A stretch of DNA of 64,000 bases, from contig CASEEM010000017.1 in assembly GCA_949286985.1 (NCBI GenBank), positions 16,176-80,175 of the forward strand, given 5' to 3'. Under the pieces are notes generated by a model. The model saw only the letters and a list, made by a program, of their open reading frames with translations, was not told the DNA's origin and did no database searches. This document shows, piece by piece, positions 58,751 to 64,000 of this stretch; position 1 is the first letter of the stretch; every line of letters begins with the position of its first letter. Both the position numbers and the translations under genes were made by a program. The DNA is from an uncultured Eubacteriales bacterium. Its GTDB lineage: Bacteria > Bacillota > Clostridia > Peptostreptococcales > Anaerovoracaceae.

Positions 58751-59428
58751 ATGTTTAAGATACTTAAGTTTATCATCAAGCAGGCGATTTGGTTCGCAGT
58801 GATTGCCGCGCTGCTGGTCGTCGCCGTGAACGCGTACGAAATCGCCCTCGGGCGGAAGGCCTCACGGAATGTGAGCGAGCTCGGGACGAATGAGGCCGAC
58901 GCCATCCTCATCCTGGGCGCGGGCGTGTATGCGGATAACAGTCCGACGCCGGTCCTGAAGGATCGCCTCGACCGCGGCATTGAACTCTACAACGCCGGCG
59001 CGGCGCCGAAGATCCTTGTCTCGGGCGATAACGTTTCTTCGACGGAGACGACAGCGATGAGGGATTACTGCCTGGCGCAGGGCGTCCCGGCACAGGATAT
59101 CTTCATGGACCGCTTGGGGCTTTCGACCCAGGATTCGCTCGCCAGAGCTTCGGCGATTTACGGCGTTCGGAAGATTCTGATCGTGACGCAGGAGTATCAT
59201 ATCGGCCGTGCCGTCTATTTGGCGGGCTGCTACGATATGGAAGCACTCGCCGTTCCGGCGCAGGATGCTTCCTACAGCAACACGAGCGAGCAGGAGCGGC
59301 GTGAGTTCCTGGCGCGTGCCTTAGATTTCGTCCGCGGCCGCATGCGTGCGGAGATGACGCTGCTCGGCGGCGAGTATCCGATCAGCGGAGACGGGCGGAG
59401 CAGCTGGCAGGCGACCGTCGTCGGATAA
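58751..59428 (+). CDS. SanA/YdcF (DUF218) family protein
   Basis: N-terminal TM, ILILGAGV, DRLD..IELY, LVSGD, IVTQEYH..RA, RE.LAR. Confidence 0.88.
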   Translation: MFKILKFIIKQAIWFAVIAALLVVAVNAYEIALGRKASRNVSELGTNEADAILILGAGVYADNSPTPVLKDRLDRGIELYNAGAAPKILVSGDNVSSTETTAMRDYCLAQGVPAQDIFMDRLGLSTQDSLARASAIYGVRKILIVTQEYHIGRAVYLAGCYDMEALAVPAQDASYSNTSEQERREFLARALDFVRGRMRAEMTLLGGEYPISGDGRSSWQATVVG

Positions 59429-59486
59429 GCGGCGCGGAGAAAGAGTTGCTATTCTCATTTTAAAGAAAAAGTTTTGATCATACAAT

Positions 59487-59525
59487 GAGAGACCCTGCGG
59501 GCATCACGCTCGCAGGGTCTCTTTT
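59487..59525 (+). terminator. Terminator between sanA-like gene and symporter
   Basis: GAGACCCTGCG...CGCAGGGTCTC followed by TTTT. Confidence 0.75.
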
Positions 59526-59559
59526 GAAAGAAGGGAGTTATGAATAAGTATTAAAGGGT

Positions 59560-61017
59560 TTACTTCTGTTTCTTGGCCAGCTTGTGCTCCTTCCATTCGT
59601 CGTGGAGCTCGCCGGTCTTCAGGCGGTCGAAGTAGCTACGGGTCTCTTTGACGACAACACCCGAGAGGGCAAGGAGAGCGACGAGGTTCGGGAAGGCCAT
59701 TGCGGCGTTGAAGATATCGGCGATGGTCCAGACGAAGCTGAGTGTCAGGAACGGACCGATCAGGACGGCGAGGACGTAAATCCAGCGATACGCCTTGACG
59801 ATCTTCATGCGGCCGTTCGTGAGATACTCGAGGCAGCGTTCGCCGTAGAAGTCCCATCCGAGGATGGTGGTGTAAGCGAAGATGGTCAGGCAGATGCAGA
59901 CCACGATGGCGCCCCAGTGTTCGCCCCAAGGGAGTCCGCCGCCGAAGGCCTTGATGGTGACAGCGACGCCTTCTACGCCGGCTTTGTGAGCGTCCGTGAT
60001 GACGATCGAGAGACCGGTCATGGTGCAGATGACGATGGTATCGAGGAACGGTCCCGTCATGGAGATGAGTCCCTGGCGAACCGGCTCCTTCGTCGTCGCA
60101 GCGGAAGCGGCGATCGGCGCCGAGCCGAGACCGGCTTCGTTCGAGAAGATGCCGCGGGCAACGCCCATCTGGAGGGCGAGCATCATGGAGCCGAGAGCTC
60201 CGCCTGCGACAGCGCGCAGTCCGAACGCGCTCTGTACGATTTCGACGATGGCATCCGGAATATGTCTCCAGTTGTAGATGATGAGCACCGTGCCCATGAG
60301 GACATAACCGAGAATCATGGCCGGGACGACGAATGATGCGAAGTTCGCGATGCGCTGGATGCCGCCGATGACGACAAGGGCGGTGCAAGCAGCGACGACG
60401 ACAGCGCCGATGGTGGTCGCCCAGGAATAATCATTGCCGCCGATCGAGAATGCGATATTCTCGTTGTTCGGGTCAAAGACCATGTTCATCGAAGAGACGA
60501 TGCTGTTGACCTGGGTGATCGTGCCGATACCCATGACGCCGGCGACGCAGCCAAAGAAGGCGAAGAGCTTCGCGAGCCACTTCCAGCGTTCGCCCATGCC
60601 GTTCTGGATATAGTAGAACGGTCCGCCGAGCTTGTGGCCGCCGTTCTCACTCTGAACGCGGTACTTGATGGAGAGAAGTCCCTCGGCATATGTGGTCGCC
60701 ATGCCGACGCAGGCGGCGAGCTCCATCCAGAAGAGGGCTCCCGCTCCGCCGGTGACGACAGCGGTAGCGACGCCGACCATGTTGCCTGTGCCGACGGTGG
60801 CGGCGAGGGCCGTGCTGAGGGCGCCGAAGCTGGAGACGTCACCTTCGCCCTCCGTCTCCGAGTGGAAGACATAATAGAAGGCTCGTCTCAGATTGCGGAA
60901 TTGTACGCCCGCCAATCGTATCGTGAGAAGAAGGCCGGTTCCGATGATCAGGACAATCAGCGGAACGCCCCAGATATACTTGTCGATCAATTCGAGGATC
61001 GCTTGAAATTGGCTCAT
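59560..61017 (-). CDS. Alanine/glycine:cation symporter (AGCS family)
   Basis: ALAATVGTGN, GGAGALFWM, GGPFYYI, RGIFSNEAGLGSAP, DTIVICTMT. Confidence 0.95.
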   Translation of the reverse strand: MSQFQAILELIDKYIWGVPLIVLIIGTGLLLTIRLAGVQFRNLRRAFYYVFHSETEGEGDVSSFGALSTALAATVGTGNMVGVATAVVTGGAGALFWMELAACVGMATTYAEGLLSIKYRVQSENGGHKLGGPFYYIQNGMGERWKWLAKLFAFFGCVAGVMGIGTITQVNSIVSSMNMVFDPNNENIAFSIGGNDYSWATTIGAVVVAACTALVVIGGIQRIANFASFVVPAMILGYVLMGTVLIIYNWRHIPDAIVEIVQSAFGLRAVAGGALGSMMLALQMGVARGIFSNEAGLGSAPIAASAATTKEPVRQGLISMTGPFLDTIVICTMTGLSIVITDAHKAGVEGVAVTIKAFGGGLPWGEHWGAIVVCICLTIFAYTTILGWDFYGERCLEYLTNGRMKIVKAYRWIYVLAVLIGPFLTLSFVWTIADIFNAAMAFPNLVALLALSGVVVKETRSYFDRLKTGELHDEWKEHKLAKKQK

Positions 61018-61064
61018 AGGATTTTCCTCCGTAATCACTCCTAACTAACTAACATCATAATGTA

Positions 61065-61093
61065 TCTATATCAAAACCTTCGTGTGCTGTCAA
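61065..61093 (-). promoter_or_regulatory. SigA-type promoter of the symporter
   Basis: Minus strand TTGACA-17 bp-TATAGA with TG extension. Confidence 0.65.
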
Positions 61094-61435
61094 CGAAAAT
61101 ATTTTCAAAAATTTGTTTCCAAAAACAAAGACAAGCCGCCAAACCCCTTGCGGCTGTTGCGTTTTAGGCGCGATGCACAAAAATTAAACAAAGTAAAAAA
61201 ACAAAAATAAATACAATTTTGCAGCAAAACGCATCGAACGGCAGCGGGGAATCGGCTAACGAAAAGTTAACGAAAATTCATAATTCGGTTGAACAAATTT
61301 AATGAAATTGTGCTATAATAACAATATCTTTAATAATAGAAGCCCGGGGGACCCAGCGTCCCCCGGCTTTTGTTTGCTTATCCCCTTGATAAATGTGTAA
61401 CACACGGAGACACATAGTATAGAAGAAAAGGAGTT

Positions 61436-62869
61436 ATGGATATTATGAAGAATACCCCGAATCAGTCGGAGGCGACGATCGAGAAGCAGCCCGCGGGCGT
61501 GCCGAAGGAGAATCGCCTCGGTGTGGAGCCGGTGCATTCGCTCCTCATCCGCACCTCCATTCCGCTCATGATCTCGATGCTCGTCCAGTCGCTGTACAAC
61601 ATCGTCGACAGCATCTTCGTCGCGCAGATCAACGAGGACGCCCTGACCGCCGTCTCATTCTGCTTCCCGGTCCAGCAGCTGGTCATCAGCTTCGCCATCG
61701 GTACGGCCGTCGGCTTCAGCGCCCTGATGTCCCGTTACCTCGGCGCGAAGGATTTCAAGCGCGTCAACAAGATAGCCGCGCACGGCCTCTTCCTCGAGTG
61801 GGTCACGTATATCCCGTTCCTGCTCGTCGGCTTCTTCGCTCGTCCGTTCATGGAGATTCAGAGCGATAACCCGCGCATCATTGAATACGGCACGACCTAC
61901 CTCAGCATCGTCTGCTTCCTCAGCATCATGGTCTTCACCCAGATCTCGCTCGAGCGCTTCATGCAGTCGACGGGCAAGACGCTGTTTATCTTCTTCACCC
62001 AGACGCTCGGCGCCGTTATCAACATCATCATGGACCCGATCCTCATCTTCGGATGGTTCGGCTTCCCGGAGATGGGTGTCGCCGGTGCCGCCGTCGCGAC
62101 GGTCTTCGGACAGTTTGTCGCAGCGGTCCTCGCCCTGTATCTGAACGTCGCAAAGAACAAGGAGATCCATCTCAGTTTCCGCGGCTTCCGTCCGGAGGGC
62201 CACATCATCAAGGAGATCTATCAGATCGCTGCGCCGTCCATCGTCATGCAGTCCATCGGATCGGTCATGACCTTCGCCTTCAATCAGATCCTCGCGGCCT
62301 TCACCTCGACGGCCGTCGCCGCCCTCGGCATCTACTTCAAGCTCCAGAGCTTCGTCTTCATGCCGGTCTTCGGCATGAATAACGGCATCGTCCCGATCGC
62401 CGCTTACAACTACGGCGCCGGCAAGCGCAAAAGACTCGAGCGCGTCATGTCCCTCGGCGTTCGCTACGGCGTTGCCTGCATGGTCGTCGGCATGCTCATC
62501 TTCATGGCCGTTCCGGATCTCCTCCTGAGCTTCTTCAACGCTTCCGAGGAACTTCACGAGATCGGCCGCACCATGCTCCGCATCGCTGCCATCATCTTCC
62601 CGATGGCCGGCTATTCCATCATGCGAGGCAGCGTCTTCCAGGCCGTCGGCCGAAGCAATTACAGCCTCTATACCTCGGTCATCCGTCAGATCGGCGTTCT
62701 GCTCCCGGCGGCATGGCTGCTCGCACAGACCGGCATCCTCGACCTCGTCTGGTGGGCCCTCCCGATCGCCGAGATCATCGGCATGCTCTGCAGCGTCCAC
62801 TTCACCAAAATCGTTCGCCGCGACATCATCAGCAAGGTCCCGTACGAACCGGAACCGCTTGCACCGTAA
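61436..62869 (+). CDS. MATE family efflux transporter
   Basis: SLYNIVDSIFV, INIIMDPILIFG, GVAGAAVAT, YNYGA; about 12 TM helices. Confidence 0.94.
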   Translation: MDIMKNTPNQSEATIEKQPAGVPKENRLGVEPVHSLLIRTSIPLMISMLVQSLYNIVDSIFVAQINEDALTAVSFCFPVQQLVISFAIGTAVGFSALMSRYLGAKDFKRVNKIAAHGLFLEWVTYIPFLLVGFFARPFMEIQSDNPRIIEYGTTYLSIVCFLSIMVFTQISLERFMQSTGKTLFIFFTQTLGAVINIIMDPILIFGWFGFPEMGVAGAAVATVFGQFVAAVLALYLNVAKNKEIHLSFRGFRPEGHIIKEIYQIAAPSIVMQSIGSVMTFAFNQILAAFTSTAVAALGIYFKLQSFVFMPVFGMNNGIVPIAAYNYGAGKRKRLERVMSLGVRYGVACMVVGMLIFMAVPDLLLSFFNASEELHEIGRTMLRIAAIIFPMAGYSIMRGSVFQAVGRSNYSLYTSVIRQIGVLLPAAWLLAQTGILDLVWWALPIAEIIGMLCSVHFTKIVRRDIISKVPYEPEPLAP

Positions 62870-63016
62870 GAGAGAACGGGCTTCCGCCCTGTATTTCATG
62901 TAAAAACTGCGCCGGATTCCTCGGGATTCCGGCGCAGACTTTATATCGACTCGTGCAAAGACACCTAAATTATGATACCATGAATAAGAATATGACCTCG
63001 CATGAAGGAGGAATCC

Positions 63017-63685
63017 ATGGATATCGATATGAGAAATCCGTCGCCCGCTCGCATGGACATTGCGATTCAAGGCGCGAATCATGCACAGAAGAAGATGCTC
63101 CGCGCCCGCTGCCGCGAGATTGCCGAACGCTTTACGGAGGAGTACATCGAAGAAGCGGGACGCGCCATGGCCGAAAGAGTGCGCTCGCTCAAGGCTTACG
63201 GCGAGGCGGAGACGGTCTTCTGTTATATGAGTATGCCGAAGGAGGCCTCGACGGAAGCGCTGCTCGAAGCGCTTTTCGCTGACGGCAAGCGCGTGGCCAT
63301 TCCGCTCTGCACGGGGCCGCATGACATGGTCGCGAAGCTGTACCATCCGGGAGATGAGCTCACGGAAGGCGCATACGGCATCCGGGAGCCGCTGGCATCG
63401 GCGGAGACCCTCGACCCGTCAACCATCGACCTCGCGATCGTCCCTTGCGTCGCCTGCGATAGGCAGGGCAAGCGCCTCGGTCACGGAGCCGGTTATTACG
63501 ATCGTTTTCTCGAGAACATCGAAGCCGTCACCGTCGCCCTCTGTCCGGAGCCGCTCATCGTCGGCAACGTGCCGTGGTACCGCCATGATATTGTCATGGA
63601 TTATGTGGCCACGGACGAGAATATTTACGGACGGCGATGGCACGAGGAGGAGAAAGGCGAGAAGGTCATCCTTCCGCTCCGTTAA
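63017..63685 (+). CDS. 5-formyltetrahydrofolate cyclo-ligase
   Basis: YGIREP, IVPCVACD..G.RLGHGAGYYDRFL, HDIVMD. Confidence 0.93.
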   Translation: MDIDMRNPSPARMDIAIQGANHAQKKMLRARCREIAERFTEEYIEEAGRAMAERVRSLKAYGEAETVFCYMSMPKEASTEALLEALFADGKRVAIPLCTGPHDMVAKLYHPGDELTEGAYGIREPLASAETLDPSTIDLAIVPCVACDRQGKRLGHGAGYYDRFLENIEAVTVALCPEPLIVGNVPWYRHDIVMDYVATDENIYGRRWHEEEKGEKVILPLR

Positions 63686-63723
63686 CCGCAGCCTCTTCGT
63701 TATGAATCAGAAAGGAGCCTCTC

Positions 63724-64000
63724 ATGGCTGAGAATAATAAGAAGAAAATCATGCTCACCGGCGACCGCCCGACCGGCCGCCTCCACATCGGACATTATGT
63801 CGGCTCGCTGCGCCAGCGCCTCATCATCCAGGACGACCCGGATTTCGAGAAGATCTTCATCATGATTGCCGACGCCCAGGCGCTGACGGATAATGCCGAC
63901 GACCCGGAGAAGGTTCGCGAGAGCGTCTTCCAGGTCGCCCTCGATTACCTCTCCATCGGCATCGACCCGAAGAAGACCCATATCCTCATTCAGTCGCAGG
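63724..64000 (+). CDS. trpS: Tryptophan--tRNA ligase (5' part, runs off the window)
   Basis: [36 protein letters not shown]. Confidence 0.95.
   Translation, partial: MAENNKKKIMLTGDRPTGRLHIGHYVGSLRQRLIIQDDPDFEKIFIMIADAQALTDNADDPEKVRESVFQVALDYLSIGIDPKKTHILIQSQ

Overview
GC-rich Clostridia-type (Peptostreptococcales/Anaerovoracaceae-like, inferred from gene content) chromosomal window close to oriC, with most genes on the + strand. It opens with the 3' end of rsmG, three parS palindromes, parA-parB, gdpP, rplI, the replicative helicase and a DnaD-domain protein. Then come cell-wall, rRNA-processing and translation genes (M23 peptidase, DivIC, rnmV, rsmA, LTA synthase, DUF1385-PrmC fusion, ddl, rpmE, frameshifted prfA, sua5, tyrS), an NfnAB-type pair, coaBC, a full glycine-cleavage operon, three proline-specific peptidases, a TudS-like desulfidase with its own ECF transporter, htrA, a flavodiiron protein, several transporters, tRNA-Thr(CGT) and the 5' end of trpS. 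No phage, IS element or CRISPR array was seen. The strongest novel signal is upstream of tyrS: no T-box, but an unannotated 18-aa leader peptide with three tandem Tyr codons and mutually exclusive protector, antiterminator and terminator helices, i.e. a ribosome-mediated tyrosine attenuator. Other highlights are an eight-box DnaA cluster at about 13.2 kb, a DnaD protein fused to a helicase-loader-like Zn domain without the ATPase, and the DUF1385-PrmC fusion. All family calls are by motif recognition; no database searches were run.
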